Positions 27,989 through 39,013 are shown, numbered from the stretch's first letter. The stretch is 64,000 nucleotides of DNA from an uncultured Methanosarcinales archaeon (GCA_964343705.1 CAYFJX010000004.1:69583-133582); one strand, 5' to 3'. Notes: generated by a model from the letters alone, not told the origin. A program made the numbers and translations.

Positions 27989-29464
27989 GTGGTTGATTTG
28001 TATCGTAAGCACGCATGGACTATGGTAGTATTTCTCTTATTACTTCTTCCAACAGTCAGTGCAACTCTTCCTGATGACATTGTTCTTGAAACAAAACTAA
28101 TCAAAAACCGTATAGGTCCAGCACAATGGGCAGAATTTGAACTCACCATCCACAATAATGGATTGGCTTTTGACGCATTTACCATTCTCAATGACTTGGA
28201 AGGCACTGAATGGAGCATGCTTACTGAACCACAAACCAGAACAGACTTGATTATCAAAGGAGGAACCAGTGAGTCAATCAAAATTCTTCTCAAAGATATC
28301 AATCTTCCACGTGACTACAAACGACCCTATTTTGTTAAAGTTTTTGTGTACACAAAAGATCGAAAAGTACGAAAGTATGTAAAACTCCCTGTGTACCTTA
28401 TGCCAGGCGATGTGCGTGAAGGAGTTCATTTTGAAGTAACTCCTGACTTTCCAAAACAACTTGACCCACGACGAAGTCACTCATTCATTGTAAATGTAAA
28501 AAATGAAAACTGGTATGATTACGAAGATATTCGCGTGTCTGTGAAAAGTGCAGATTTTGAACGTGTATCATTGCTTACCTTTGCACCTAATGAAACAAAG
28601 TCAGTTGAGTTTACTGTTTTTCTTCCTCCTGACACACCACCAAAAAATGAAAAAGTTGCTCTGACAGTTTCGAAAAAAGGTACAGTATACTTTCTTGACG
28701 AGCAAAGCTATACTGTCATTGGTTACAACACACCTTTTCAACAAAACCAAGAAGAAACAAGTAGTTTTTTGAAAACAAAGAAGACACTGTACATAAAAAA
28801 TGTTGATAATGATGCTCAAAGCCAGGAGATTACACAGCCTGTTTCAACTTTTGCCAGCTTTTTTACATCAACTGATCCAGAAACGCAAACTGAAACAATA
28901 AACAGCGAAAAACACTACGTGTGGGATATCTCATTAAACCCTAAAGAAGAAGTAAAAATTATCATAAACACTAATTATAGGGGGTTATTCTATGCTGGAA
29001 TCCTCCTTGCAATCGTTCTTTTCTTGTGGTACATGTTTCAGTCACCTGTGGTTGTAGTTAAACGCGCAGAGTTTGTAAAGACACAACAAGGAGGGATTAA
29101 CTCCATTGACATTCGATTAGTGATCTATAATAGGGGTGGTAGGGAGTTACGAGATGTCACCCTTGTTGAACATGTTCCAACACTTATGAAAACTCACTGG
29201 AAAAGTAAGCACACTTTTCACCCTAAACGTGTATCTCATGTGAAACATGGTAAGATTATGTACTGGGAGTTTGACTTAACACCTAAAGAAGAACGAATTA
29301 TTTCGTACACTCTTATTCCTCGCTTGAGTGTGATTGGTGATTTGACCTTGCCACGGACCATGTTACGGTACACCTGGGACAAACACAAACTCAAATCATA
29401 TTCTAATGAAGTGCGTGTGAGCAATCTTAAACTAGGTGAGCAAGAAGAAGACTTGTTGGATTAA
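27989..29464 (+). CDS. Membrane-anchored protein with a large extracellular N-terminal region (signal peptide + one TM near aa 335)
   Basis: N-terminal signal MVVFLLLLLPTVSA, internal TM GILLAIVLFLWYMF, 491 aa. Confidence 0.5.
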   Translation: MVDLYRKHAWTMVVFLLLLLPTVSATLPDDIVLETKLIKNRIGPAQWAEFELTIHNNGLAFDAFTILNDLEGTEWSMLTEPQTRTDLIIKGGTSESIKILLKDINLPRDYKRPYFVKVFVYTKDRKVRKYVKLPVYLMPGDVREGVHFEVTPDFPKQLDPRRSHSFIVNVKNENWYDYEDIRVSVKSADFERVSLLTFAPNETKSVEFTVFLPPDTPPKNEKVALTVSKKGTVYFLDEQSYTVIGYNTPFQQNQEETSSFLKTKKTLYIKNVDNDAQSQEITQPVSTFASFFTSTDPETQTETINSEKHYVWDISLNPKEEVKIIINTNYRGLFYAGILLAIVLFLWYMFQSPVVVVKRAEFVKTQQGGINSIDIRLVIYNRGGRELRDVTLVEHVPTLMKTHWKSKHTFHPKRVSHVKHGKIMYWEFDLTPKEERIISYTLIPRLSVIGDLTLPRTMLRYTWDKHKLKSYSNEVRVSNLKLGEQEEDLLD

Positions 29465-31602
29465 GACTGCACCAAGCTCTCATGCCCACGCTTTTCAACA
29501 CGAATAATGTTCTTCACAAAACTCTCTACCTTTGGTTCGTGGGAAACAATGATTGCTTGCCGTGCTTGGAGTTGGTGAAGCACATCACGTAGTTTGTCAA
29601 GTTGCTCATGACTAAAACCATCAGTTGGCTCGTCTAAGATAATAAGATCTTTTGTTCGAATGGTAGCAACAACGTCATTAATAACTTTGTTAAGTGCAAG
29701 TCTGTACGCAAGTGCCACTGCTGTTTTTTCACCGCCAGACAAGTTTTCAATGCTGGTCTCGTAGCCATTTTGGTCAACAATTACACTGAAGTCATCTGCA
29801 AGTCGTGCAGTGAGTATTTCATCTTCTACCAACATGCTGAACCATGTTCGGAATAGTTCATCAAATGCAAAATATACCTTGCGCATAACTTCTTTTTCCA
29901 TAATTGCAGCAACATTTACTAAATATTCTGTTATCCATGTGTGGTACTGGCTGAGTTGGTGTGTTTCTTTTGCGTGTTGTTCTTTTGCTGCAATGCCTTT
30001 TTGTAACTGCTCTATGTTTTTTTTACTGTGTTCAACTTCTTTCTCTAGTGAGGCGAGGGTGATTGATTCTTGTCGCTCACGTGCTTGAAGGGTTTCAAGT
30101 TGTTGTCGCGCAGTGTTAAACTTCGCTGTTATATCTTTGTAGCCTTCGAGTTCTTTTTGTAAAGCTCCTTGCTGCATTTGTAGTTTGCGAATATCTTCTG
30201 CCTTGCGTTGGGTCTGTTCTTCTTTTACTCTCACTGTTTTCTTTTTTTCTTCAATAAGTTGTGTGAGTTGTTCTACATGTTGTATCTCTTGTTGTATTTT
30301 TAGGATGTGGTGCTCAGCTTCTCGTATTTTTTGCAGTGACTGTTCGTGTTGCTTAGTTGCATGTGTTGCAGCTTCTTTCAGAGTAGCAATGTTTTGTACT
30401 TGTTTTCTGTATTGTTCAATGCCTTGTACTTCTTTGCCTGTAAGTCCTTGCTTGTGTTCGGGGGCAACCGTTTGCTTACAATAAGGACACTCACTTACAT
30501 CTCCAATTCGTTCAATCAACTTCTGTGCATGTTCAATATGTGTTTGTATCTCTTTTTCTTGTAGTCCCAAGTCTCTTGTTTTTCTTTGGTTTTCATCGCA
30601 TTGTTTTTGTACATCTTCTTTACATTGTATTTTTGCTTGGTAGGTTTGTAGTTGCACTTTTTTTTCTTCAATACTGTTTTGTTGCATGCTTTGTTCTTGT
30701 TCAACTATTGCTTTTCGTACCTGTGCTGTTTCCCGAGCAAGTAGTTCATACTGTGTTTCGTTTTCCTTGAGTTGGACAGAACAAATCTTAGCTTGCTGTT
30801 CTTTTTCTCTCTGTTGCTGTGTTTGTTTTTCAAGTGCTACTACTTGTTCTTTGTGTGTAAGTAGGTCTTTTCTTAGAGTTTCAACAAGTGGCTTTTTCTC
30901 TGCAACTAAGGTTTCATGTTGAGTCTTCTGTTCTTGTTCTTGTTGCAAAGCTCTTTTCTCATCGTCAAGTCCTTCAACAAGCATCTTTTTTTGCTTAATA
31001 CGCACGCGTAATTCTTTAGCATACAATTCACTATTTGTCCTGATTTGCTTATACTTGTCAATGCCAAATATTTTCCTGAGAATATCTAGGCGCTCTTCTG
31101 CAGGACTTGTTAAAATATGTTTCATATGTTCTTGCGGCGTGTACACAGTGTACCTGTATAAGAGCGACTTTGATTTAGTGAGTAACTCTTTAGGGTACCC
31201 AAGCGCAGTCAACATTTTAATTTTTAATTCAATAGGTGTTGCTTCTGTCTTGATCCAATCATTTGTGTCTTCTTGTTTTTCTGCAACCCACCCAGCGTCC
31301 TGCTTGATGCTGTCTTTTGTTCGTTTAAGCACACGTTTAATCATGATATCTTTGTTAGGTGTTCCACTTTGAGTAAGTGCAAAGTGCAGTTCAACACTTC
31401 CTTTTTGCGTGCCATGGCGTAACAAGTGGTTACTTGCAAGGTCATTTCCTCGTAAGCCAAACAATGCAAATTCAATTGCAAGCAAAATACTGGACTTACC
31501 ACTTCCAATATCACCGGAAAGAACCATGCTTGTTTCAGGAAATGTAATGTGTGCATTGGTGTAGCTTCTGATATTTTCCAGCTTTACTGACTTTAGAATC
31601 AT
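29461..31602 (-). CDS. rad50: Rad50 / SMC-family DNA double-strand-break repair ATPase (short form, zinc hook present)
   Basis: Walker A is LSGDIGSGKSSILLA. Long coiled coil with a CPYC zinc hook. Signature LSGGEKTAVALAYRLAL. Walker B/D-loop LIILDEPTDG. H-loop VSHEP. Confidence 0.8.
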   Translation of the reverse strand: MILKSVKLENIRSYTNAHITFPETSMVLSGDIGSGKSSILLAIEFALFGLRGNDLASNHLLRHGTQKGSVELHFALTQSGTPNKDIMIKRVLKRTKDSIKQDAGWVAEKQEDTNDWIKTEATPIELKIKMLTALGYPKELLTKSKSLLYRYTVYTPQEHMKHILTSPAEERLDILRKIFGIDKYKQIRTNSELYAKELRVRIKQKKMLVEGLDDEKRALQQEQEQKTQHETLVAEKKPLVETLRKDLLTHKEQVVALEKQTQQQREKEQQAKICSVQLKENETQYELLARETAQVRKAIVEQEQSMQQNSIEEKKVQLQTYQAKIQCKEDVQKQCDENQRKTRDLGLQEKEIQTHIEHAQKLIERIGDVSECPYCKQTVAPEHKQGLTGKEVQGIEQYRKQVQNIATLKEAATHATKQHEQSLQKIREAEHHILKIQQEIQHVEQLTQLIEEKKKTVRVKEEQTQRKAEDIRKLQMQQGALQKELEGYKDITAKFNTARQQLETLQARERQESITLASLEKEVEHSKKNIEQLQKGIAAKEQHAKETHQLSQYHTWITEYLVNVAAIMEKEVMRKVYFAFDELFRTWFSMLVEDEILTARLADDFSVIVDQNGYETSIENLSGGEKTAVALAYRLALNKVINDVVATIRTKDLIILDEPTDGFSHEQLDKLRDVLHQLQARQAIIVSHEPKVESFVKNIIRVEKRGHESLVQS

Positions 31603-31723
31603 GGTTGCATCAATGCTGGGCGTGTATAAAAAGATTATTGTACTCTGTTATTCTGCTTCATATCCCACATCCAATAACAATATTTATATATCCCCTAGTC
31701 CTAAAAGTCCTTAGAGGTGTTCA

Positions 31724-32431
31724 ATGAGCAGAAAAGAGGAACCACACAAGCTTCTATTCACAGCATTTGTGATTCTAGCCATTGGCAGCTTAACATTCAT
31801 GTTTTCTCAGCTATCTGGTGACGCTTCAGATGTTACTGGCAATGTTTTACGTGCGGAGCGTGAAGTAACTCTTCCAGAAGGATATGATTACAAAGGTGTA
31901 TTAAACAGGGGCCGGTTCCAAGGTCAAACTGGATGTAATGTCTGTGCTCAAGGAGCACTGCGGCCAGGCATGAGTAATATTGACTCATTATGTACTGGTG
32001 ATTATGCTATTCGTCTTAATCTTGTTGGTATGCACTCAGGCAGTGCATTGATGGATGTGAACGGAGAAATGTTTAACATGAAAGAAGGAGAAAAGTACTC
32101 GCTTCGTGATGGTATGCAGCTACAACTTCTTTCAGTAAGCAACAAAGATGGTCAAGAATCAGTTTCTTACAAGCTTGGTCTGCTCAGTTACCAAACTGAA
32201 ATGATGCAAGGTGACACCCGACACATGCGTGTCTGTGACAAAAAAGTGGATGTAACAGTAAATTCTTTTGAAACAGATCCAAAAACAGTACACCTTACAG
32301 CAAATGGTAAAGACTATGTGCTTGCTCCTGCAGAAGCTCGGAAGCTCAGCAATGGTGTCCCTCTTTACATAATGCACATTGATGCTAAAGAAGATCGATG
32401 GGGCTCAGTTGCCTTTGAAATTGGTAATTAA
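31724..32431 (+). CDS. Membrane-anchored/secreted hypothetical protein
   Basis: N-terminal TM LLFTAFVILAIGSLTFMF, 235 aa, several Cys. Confidence 0.4.
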   Translation: MSRKEEPHKLLFTAFVILAIGSLTFMFSQLSGDASDVTGNVLRAEREVTLPEGYDYKGVLNRGRFQGQTGCNVCAQGALRPGMSNIDSLCTGDYAIRLNLVGMHSGSALMDVNGEMFNMKEGEKYSLRDGMQLQLLSVSNKDGQESVSYKLGLLSYQTEMMQGDTRHMRVCDKKVDVTVNSFETDPKTVHLTANGKDYVLAPAEARKLSNGVPLYIMHIDAKEDRWGSVAFEIGN

Positions 32432-32470
32432 GCGTAAACTTTATCTACTCTAGGTTTTCTCTTCAATTCT

Positions 32471-33118
32471 ATGGTAACAGTAATCTTTGATATGGATGGT
32501 GTCATAGCAGACACTGAGAAGCTCCATGCGCAAACATCAGAAGAATTACTTAAAGAAGATTATGGCATTCTTATTCCTGGCCCTGAGCTTTCAGCAGAGT
32601 ATGCAGGAACTGACGATGCATTTATGTTTGCTGATCTCTTCAAAAAACACAATGTTGCAGGTGATCCTCACCAAGCATCAAAAAAAAGATGGGAAAAAAT
32701 GTATGGTGTTTTGGAAGGTAATATCAGGCCAATGCCTGGCTTTTTTTCGTTGTTTGATCAACTCAAAAAAAATGGAAATAAAATTGGTCTTGCATCTGGT
32801 TCCTTTCTACATTTTATTGACCTTGTTTTGGGCAGCTTGAATATAGCTGATCAATTCCACGCTCTTGCCAGCAGTGAGGAAGTACAAAATCCTAAACCTG
32901 CGCCTGATGTGTTCTTGCTTGCAGCAAAGCGTCTTGGGGTGAAGCCTGAAGAGTGTGTTGTGATTGAGGATGGCATTAATGGCATGCGTGGCGCTCGACA
33001 AGCTGGTATGAAAGTTGTTGCCTTGGTAGGAGATACATCAAAAGATTGGCCAGCTGATTTAGTTATTACACATCTTGGCAGCTTGACATTGGTTCAATTG
33101 CAAGCGCTTGTATCATAA
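32471..33118 (+). CDS. HAD-superfamily hydrolase (beta-phosphoglucomutase-like subfamily IA)
   Basis: Motif I is FDMDGVIADTE. Also has the IGLASGS motif II-like region and C-terminal EDGINGMRGARQAGM (motif IV). Confidence 0.7.
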   Translation: MVTVIFDMDGVIADTEKLHAQTSEELLKEDYGILIPGPELSAEYAGTDDAFMFADLFKKHNVAGDPHQASKKRWEKMYGVLEGNIRPMPGFFSLFDQLKKNGNKIGLASGSFLHFIDLVLGSLNIADQFHALASSEEVQNPKPAPDVFLLAAKRLGVKPEECVVIEDGINGMRGARQAGMKVVALVGDTSKDWPADLVITHLGSLTLVQLQALVS

Positions 33119-33136
33119 TTTTTCTTATTAGAATTC

Positions 33137-33592
33137 TTACATCAGGGCAATAAGGCTAGCTAATTGACCATCTTGTTCTTGTCGTGGGCTTGCGTACCCT
33201 GTTACTTGACGAAACAGGTCAAATCTTATCAGTAGGTCATTTATGGTATATCTTTTCCCTTCTTCCAACCCATATGCTTCCAGTCCCACTCTGTCAGGTG
33301 GATCATTGATTTCATTGCTTTCAGCAGGGCAACCTAGTGGTAGTTTAGGGCATGCAAGGCACACTGAATCAATACCAAAGGTAATCTTGATTTCTTGGTC
33401 TGGACTTTTTAAAAGAAGATCATATAGTTTTGTTATTGTTTCAACTTTTTCACTATCAGTATTATCTGCCATCGGGTCAAGATCGATCAAACCATAAGTT
33501 GGGTCTGCTTCATCGGTTGCTCCTTGCTTTTTAGCATAGTGCTCAGCAAGTGCTTCTACATGGTGGCCTCGTAGGGTAAGGGGTTGCATACC
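33137..33592 (-). CDS. Hypothetical protein
   Basis: The ORF is open to 33703, but that would overlap the divergent neighbour. Start called at MQPLTLRG. Confidence 0.35.
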   Translation of the reverse strand, partial: GMQPLTLRGHHVEALAEHYAKKQGATDEADPTYGLIDLDPMADNTDSEKVETITKLYDLLLKSPDQEIKITFGIDSVCLACPKLPLGCPAESNEINDPPDRVGLEAYGLEEGKRYTINDLLIRFDLFRQVTGYASPRQEQDGQLASLIALM

Positions 33593-33692
33593 TGTGTAAG
33601 GTGATTCCACTATATAAATCTTTCGGAAATTAATCACTAAACAGGGGTTACAGTAGCAAGGTTTATATACTAGTTTTTCTCCTCTTCTCCTT

Positions 33693-34481
33693 ATGACAAT
33701 CATTCATGGTGCTCCTGATAACTCTGCTGTTTTTGCACGTCTTGAAGAAGCCCAAGCAGCAGGAGATGCACGAACCTATGCTACAATTTGTCGCAGGCTT
33801 GCAATTACACAACCACCTGCTGGAAATCTCTTACTAGAAGGTATTGAACTCCTAGCACAAGATGAAGTAATTGACGCAGAAGCTGCAGAACACAGAGTCA
33901 CTATACAAATGCTTCAGAAGCGAGATGCAGAAGCTATTCTTGCAGCTCCAAGAAACTGGGGTATTAGAACAGCGGACATCGCGACACTTGCAAAAGACAA
34001 ACGTTACGGTTATACTGCTGCTCAAGATTTCTACTGGGCTGTACACAACATTGAAATTCCACCAGAAATGGCAGCGCGAATGACACATGTTGAAATCCTT
34101 GCTAAGTATTGGGGAACAGTCCTCACAAAAAGACGACCTTCACCTATTGCATCACCTACACCCACTGACTTTCGCGGAATATACAGGCAGTTGGACGGGG
34201 AGGCATACAAAAGTTGGCAGTTTAGAACTCTCAAAACTGAAGCTGTTGAACGTTTTCCTACAACAACAGGAGAACAGCAAAAACGATTAGAGGATTTGAG
34301 TGAGGTTCAAAGGAAAGTTTTTGTTGACTCATTCTTTGCGCCATCACATTCTGACTATCGCGACCCGAATGTGGATGGTGCTGACAAATCATTATATGTG
34401 CGAGATGCATTTACTATAATCAAGAACAGGTACCAGAGCGCAGTACAACAAGCCAAAGCTACCGTCGCATCTTTTTCTTAA
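33693..34481 (+). CDS. Hypothetical protein
   Basis: 262-aa ORF with no recognisable motifs. Confidence 0.4.
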   Translation: MTIIHGAPDNSAVFARLEEAQAAGDARTYATICRRLAITQPPAGNLLLEGIELLAQDEVIDAEAAEHRVTIQMLQKRDAEAILAAPRNWGIRTADIATLAKDKRYGYTAAQDFYWAVHNIEIPPEMAARMTHVEILAKYWGTVLTKRRPSPIASPTPTDFRGIYRQLDGEAYKSWQFRTLKTEAVERFPTTTGEQQKRLEDLSEVQRKVFVDSFFAPSHSDYRDPNVDGADKSLYVRDAFTIIKNRYQSAVQQAKATVASFS

Positions 34482-35433
34482 AATCCTCAACCATCTTAAT
34501 CGGAGTTGGATCAATTTCATATTCTAAAGCAAGATAGTAGCCAACATAACTACCGAGTAATGCTGTCGAGAAAATCCGTGCAAGCCTACTTGTTCCTGAA
34601 ACTTTCAATAACAAGACAGGAATGCCCTTGCTTTGCATAACTTGTTTAGTGATCTCCATACGTTTCTTGATCTCAGGAGCGTCATCAACATCTTCGATAA
34701 TGATAATGTAATAATCAGTAAGCGGGTTAGTAAAACCAACCATCTCATTATGGTTAAGCTCAGGGAATTCATTGGCAAAAGCCTGGACTTTGGCATTTTC
34801 ATTTATTTTTGCTTTCCAAATCTTTGCTAGGCATGCCATCTTTCTTGAAGAATAAATCATTGGTACTTTGTTTATCAGGCGTTCTGCAAGTGGCCTTGCT
34901 TTTTCTTTGTGATCTTTTTTCAAAACACGAATAAGACTTGCAAGCTCACTTGTTTTTGGGATTATGTTTGAGTTCATTAACACATTCAACATAGGGATTG
35001 TTTGATACCCCAACGAGTCACGTGGCATGATGCCCCCTGGTAATTCAACATGCGGGACTCCTTCACGAAGTGCTAGCTCCTTTAGTTTCCCACCACTCGA
35101 AAGGCAAACAACACGGCAGCCACGTTGTTTTACTTCTTTGTACATTGACAATGTTTCTTCAGTATTACCAGAATAAGATACAACAAACACCAAGGTGTTT
35201 TTGTTGAACCAGGGAGGTATGGTGTAGTCACGCACAATAAAAAATGGCAGTCGTTCTTGCAAGTATGATTGTAGTATCTCAGCACCAAGTGCCGACCCGC
35301 CCATGCCACACACTGCAATGGCGTTCACAGGGGGAACTATCTTAATGTGGTTTCCTAATTCAAGCGCGTGTTCACACTGTGCATAAAAGCCATCAAGAAC
35401 ACGTTTCATATCTGATTTGTCAACTCGAGCCAT
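34459..35433 (-). CDS. Bifunctional phosphoglucose/phosphomannose isomerase (SIS domain, archaeal PGI/PMI)
   Basis: SIS-domain motifs AIAVCGMGGSALGAEIL and VVSYSGNTEET. 324 aa. Confidence 0.6.
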   Translation of the reverse strand: MARVDKSDMKRVLDGFYAQCEHALELGNHIKIVPPVNAIAVCGMGGSALGAEILQSYLQERLPFFIVRDYTIPPWFNKNTLVFVVSYSGNTEETLSMYKEVKQRGCRVVCLSSGGKLKELALREGVPHVELPGGIMPRDSLGYQTIPMLNVLMNSNIIPKTSELASLIRVLKKDHKEKARPLAERLINKVPMIYSSRKMACLAKIWKAKINENAKVQAFANEFPELNHNEMVGFTNPLTDYYIIIIEDVDDAPEIKKRMEITKQVMQSKGIPVLLLKVSGTSRLARIFSTALLGSYVGYYLALEYEIDPTPIKMVEDFKKKMRR

Positions 35434-35598
35434 TGGTTACCCCCAGTCAAGGGAAACAGTGAACTCCTTATAAATATTATGTGCTCAGATAGTATGTATT
35501 CGGGTCTATAGGTTAAATGGACTAAGAAACTTTATAAAGCCAAGAATCAAGAAATAAATAATTCATACAAAAAAAGTTGTGTAAAAAAGGGATGGTAG

Positions 35599-36207
35599 AT
35601 GTCACGCTTAGACCACAAAATACTTGGGAAAAAACATCATAAGCAGTCAGTGCATCATATGCTTGTAAAGCATGCTGTCAAGCACCGAAAGAAGCATAAG
35701 CGTAAACAATCACATAATCCTTCAAAAAAACATTCTGACATGGCACTATTTATCATTAGTGTCATAGTTGTTCTCTGTATTGGTGGATTATTTATTTTAG
35801 ATGATTATGGTATGGTAACCTATGGGCATGCAGTAGCACCTCCAGCAGATGCAGCATGTGCATGTACTGGCGACGGCTGTACTGGTTTACTCCCAGTACA
35901 AGTTGGCGAATTTCTTGTTGCTGAAGAAATTAGAGGGCAAAAAAATATTTGTTCCACAAACTCTGCAGATCAGGTGTTTGGTCCAGAACTTAACATGCTT
36001 CTTATTGGAGAACGATGCATACTAGATGATACTAAGAAAGTTCAGTTCACCTATGGTGGTGGCAAAACTAAAACATTTCAAAACTATTGCATAAATAATC
36101 ATCGCACTATTGTTCCAAACTCAGACCGACTTGGTGTTATTGAGTGTGAGGGAAAAAACGTGCGTATTACAGAACGTGCATGTGATTGCAATGGTGGTAC
36201 TTGTTAA
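35599..36207 (+). CDS. Membrane protein with a His/Lys-rich cytoplasmic N-tail and a Cys-rich ectodomain
   Basis: N-terminus is HHKQSVHHMLVKHAVKHRKKHKRKQSH. One TM. The C-terminus has 12 Cys. Confidence 0.4.
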   Translation: MSRLDHKILGKKHHKQSVHHMLVKHAVKHRKKHKRKQSHNPSKKHSDMALFIISVIVVLCIGGLFILDDYGMVTYGHAVAPPADAACACTGDGCTGLLPVQVGEFLVAEEIRGQKNICSTNSADQVFGPELNMLLIGERCILDDTKKVQFTYGGGKTKTFQNYCINNHRTIVPNSDRLGVIECEGKNVRITERACDCNGGTC

Positions 36208-36407
36208 TGGAAAGAAAAGACATACTTTTTTGGGGAATAATGCTCCTTAGAGTAGGTTTCTACATTGGAGCTGACTTAACAGGTTTTGTTGTACAGGAAA
36301 CTCCTCGTTATCAAGAACTTACTAACTGTGTGAATGGAGAAATAACTAGTTTGCATGATTTGGGAAGAGATAGTAATTATAATTAATTTTTTTGCCCTTT
36401 AATTCTG

Positions 36408-36959
36408 TTACTTATTTTTCAGAAATTTTATAATCTTCTCAACAACTTGCTTAACATTTGACTTATTTGTATCAACAACAAGGTCATAATTCTTCTTGAC
36501 TAAATAATCAACCCCATAATACTTTTTGTAACGCTTACGTTCTATTGCAGTTCGCTTTTGTATTTCCTTTTTTGCTTCAGCAAGTGTCTTTGAAATTTCA
36601 ACACCACCACGCCTTGCATCAAAAATACGTTTTGCAGCAATGTCAGGATTAACATCAAGAAAAACGCGGATTGAGTGAGGAATAAAATGAAAACCAAGCC
36701 GGGCATCCATAACAAATCCATGTTTTGTCTTGCCAAGTTTTGCCAGCCGATCATCAAGGATCTTGTCAATTTTACCACCATCACTCTGCGCTTCCTTACT
36801 TAACTCCAGCAAAGTCATGCCACGTTTTGCAGCCATGTCTCGCATAAAATCTCCTGTAGAAAAATGATCAAGACTTAGTTTTTTTGCAAGCTCTTTTGCC
36901 ACTACACTCTTACCACTGCCTGGCCTGCCAGATATGGTTATAATGATGTCTTGTGCCAT
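36408..36959 (-). CDS. cmk: Cytidylate kinase (archaeal CMP kinase / adenylate-kinase fold)
   Basis: P-loop IIITISGRPGSGKSVVAKELA. 183 aa. A TATA box (tttataaa) lies about 25 nt upstream. Confidence 0.65.
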   Translation of the reverse strand: MAQDIIITISGRPGSGKSVVAKELAKKLSLDHFSTGDFMRDMAAKRGMTLLELSKEAQSDGGKIDKILDDRLAKLGKTKHGFVMDARLGFHFIPHSIRVFLDVNPDIAAKRIFDARRGGVEISKTLAEAKKEIQKRTAIERKRYKKYYGVDYLVKKNYDLVVDTNKSNVKQVVEKIIKFLKNK

Positions 36960-37095
36960 ACCGTCTTTTATAAATTAGCATTTATAAACTTTTCCTAATC
37001 CCTCCAAAAGCTTTAAATACAACCCTCAAATTCAGAAATGTAGCAAAAAGAGGAAAAACGCAATACAACAAACATGTCAGCGGGGTGACTATATT

Positions 37096-38748
37096 ATGAC
37101 TAATCAAGTACAACCTATATTTATTCTGCCAGAAGGCACACAACGTACCTCTGGAAAGACAGCTCAAAAAAATAATATCACAGCGGCAAAGCTCGTTGGT
37201 GACACAGTACGAACAACACTTGGTCCTAAAGGAATGGACAAGATGCTTGTTGATGGTATTGGAGATATTACTGTTACCAATGATGGAGTTACCATTCTTA
37301 ATGAAATGCAAATTGAACACCCTGCAGCAAAAATGGTTGTTGAAATTGCAAAAACCCAAGAAAAAGAAGTGGGAGATGGGACTACTACTGCAGTTGTACT
37401 TGCAGGAGAGTTTCTAAAAAAAGCAGAAGACCTTCTTGAACAAGATATTCATCCAAGTGTTTTGGCACGAGGTTACCGATTGGCAGCTGAAAAAGCACAG
37501 TCTATACTTCACGGACTTGCAGCAGATGTGACTGTTCAAGACACTGAAAACCTAAAGAAAATTGCAATGACTGCAATGACTGGTAAGGGTGCAGAAGCGT
37601 CAAAAGATAAACTATCTGAGCTTACTGTAAAAGGTGTTATGCAAATTATTGATACTAACCCACATGACATGTCTATTAACGCAGAAAATCTGAAAATAGA
37701 AAAGAAAGTTGGCGGCAGTGTAGAAGACACTGAGCTTGTTAGTGGTATTGTACTTGACAAAGAACGTGTACACCCACAAATGCCAAAGAAAATAGAGCAA
37801 GCAAAAATCGCATTACTTGACACAGCGCTTGAAATAAAAAATACTGAGATTGACGCTAAAATTCAGATCACTGATCCAAGCCAGATGCAGGCTTTTCTTG
37901 ATCAAGAAGAAAAAATGTTAACAAGTATGGTTGAAAAGGTTGCAGCATCTGGTGCAACAGTTATTTTCTGTCAAAAAGGTGTTGATGATATTGCACAACA
38001 CTTTCTTGCAAAAAAAGGAATCTTTGCAGCACGGAGAGTAAAGAAAAGTGATATTGAAGCACTTGCTCGGGCAACTGGTGCAAAGATCATTTCAAACATT
38101 GATGATCTTTCCGCAACTGATCTTGGTAGCGCAGGAGTTGTCGAAGAAGTGACTGTTGGTAGTGAAGAAATGATTTATGTAAAAGATTGCAGCAATCCAA
38201 AAACAGTTACCCTCCTTGTAAAAGGGGGAACTGAACACGTTGTTGATGAAGTAAAGCGAGCACTTGACGACGCTATTGGTGGTGTTGTAAGTGCACTTAA
38301 AAACAAGAAGATTGTTGCTGGTGCAGGAGCTCCTGAGATTGAAGTAACACGGGGCCTACACCAGTTCGCAAACACGCTTTCTGGACGAGAACAGCTTGCA
38401 GTGCAAGCATTTGCAAATGCAATGGAAATTATTCCACGAACTCTTGCTGAAAACGCAGGTCTGGATCCTATTGATGTGTTGACAGAGCTTAAGGCAGCGC
38501 ATGATCAAGGAAGTAAATGGGCTGGTGTTAATGTTGCTGACAATGGCAAAGTGTTTGACGCATGGCAAGCAGGAGTTATCGAACCACTCAAAATTAAAAC
38601 ACAAGCAGTAAGCAGTGCATCAGAAGTTGCAATTATGATTTTGCGTATTGATGATGTTATTGCTGGTCAAGCTGGTAGTGGCGGCGGTGCAGGCGGACCA
38701 CCTCCTGGTATGAGTATGGGTGGTATGGGCGGTATGCCTGGTATGTGA
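37096..38748 (+). CDS. ths: Thermosome subunit (group II chaperonin, CCT/TCP-1 family)
   Basis: Contains [21 protein letters not shown] and the ATP motif GDGTTT. C-terminal GGM repeat tail is [21 protein letters not shown]. Confidence 0.9.
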   Translation: MTNQVQPIFILPEGTQRTSGKTAQKNNITAAKLVGDTVRTTLGPKGMDKMLVDGIGDITVTNDGVTILNEMQIEHPAAKMVVEIAKTQEKEVGDGTTTAVVLAGEFLKKAEDLLEQDIHPSVLARGYRLAAEKAQSILHGLAADVTVQDTENLKKIAMTAMTGKGAEASKDKLSELTVKGVMQIIDTNPHDMSINAENLKIEKKVGGSVEDTELVSGIVLDKERVHPQMPKKIEQAKIALLDTALEIKNTEIDAKIQITDPSQMQAFLDQEEKMLTSMVEKVAASGATVIFCQKGVDDIAQHFLAKKGIFAARRVKKSDIEALARATGAKIISNIDDLSATDLGSAGVVEEVTVGSEEMIYVKDCSNPKTVTLLVKGGTEHVVDEVKRALDDAIGGVVSALKNKKIVAGAGAPEIEVTRGLHQFANTLSGREQLAVQAFANAMEIIPRTLAENAGLDPIDVLTELKAAHDQGSKWAGVNVADNGKVFDAWQAGVIEPLKIKTQAVSSASEVAIMILRIDDVIAGQAGSGGGAGGPPPGMSMGGMGGMPGM

Positions 38749-38806
38749 TCAAAATAATTAAAAATCTTATTTTTCTTTTTCTGACTTTTTGTAGGTGATC
38801 TGACTT

Positions 38807-38927
38807 CAGCAGATTCTACAAAATCAAAGAACATTTCAACTGCACAGATTAATTATTATTTAATCCGCCCTGAAGGGCGGTTAAAACTGTGCAATATAAG
38901 ATTTGATTAAGAAAAAGCTCAGGCTTT
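38807..38927 (-). repeat. REP-A intergenic element, copy 1 (reverse orientation; divergent inner hairpin ccgccc-tgaa-gggcgg)
   Basis: Aligns with the copies at 44728, 48681 and 52591. Shares the outer tgcacag...ctgtgca stem and the flanks ctttgattttgtagaat / cctgagc. Confidence 0.7.
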
Positions 38928-38957
38928 ACCTGATTTTACCTAATTCTCGTTATTTTC

Positions 38958-38972
38958 ATAAACTTTTTAAAG
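38958..38972 (+). promoter_or_regulatory. Putative BRE/TATA promoter (aaactttttaaag) for the 39014 gene
   Basis: The aaacttt(t)taaa motif recurs upstream of the 53591 and 53936 genes. Confidence 0.4.
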
Positions 38973-39013
38973 TACAGTGCTTACATTTCTTTATATTGTA
39001 GAGAGGTGTTATC

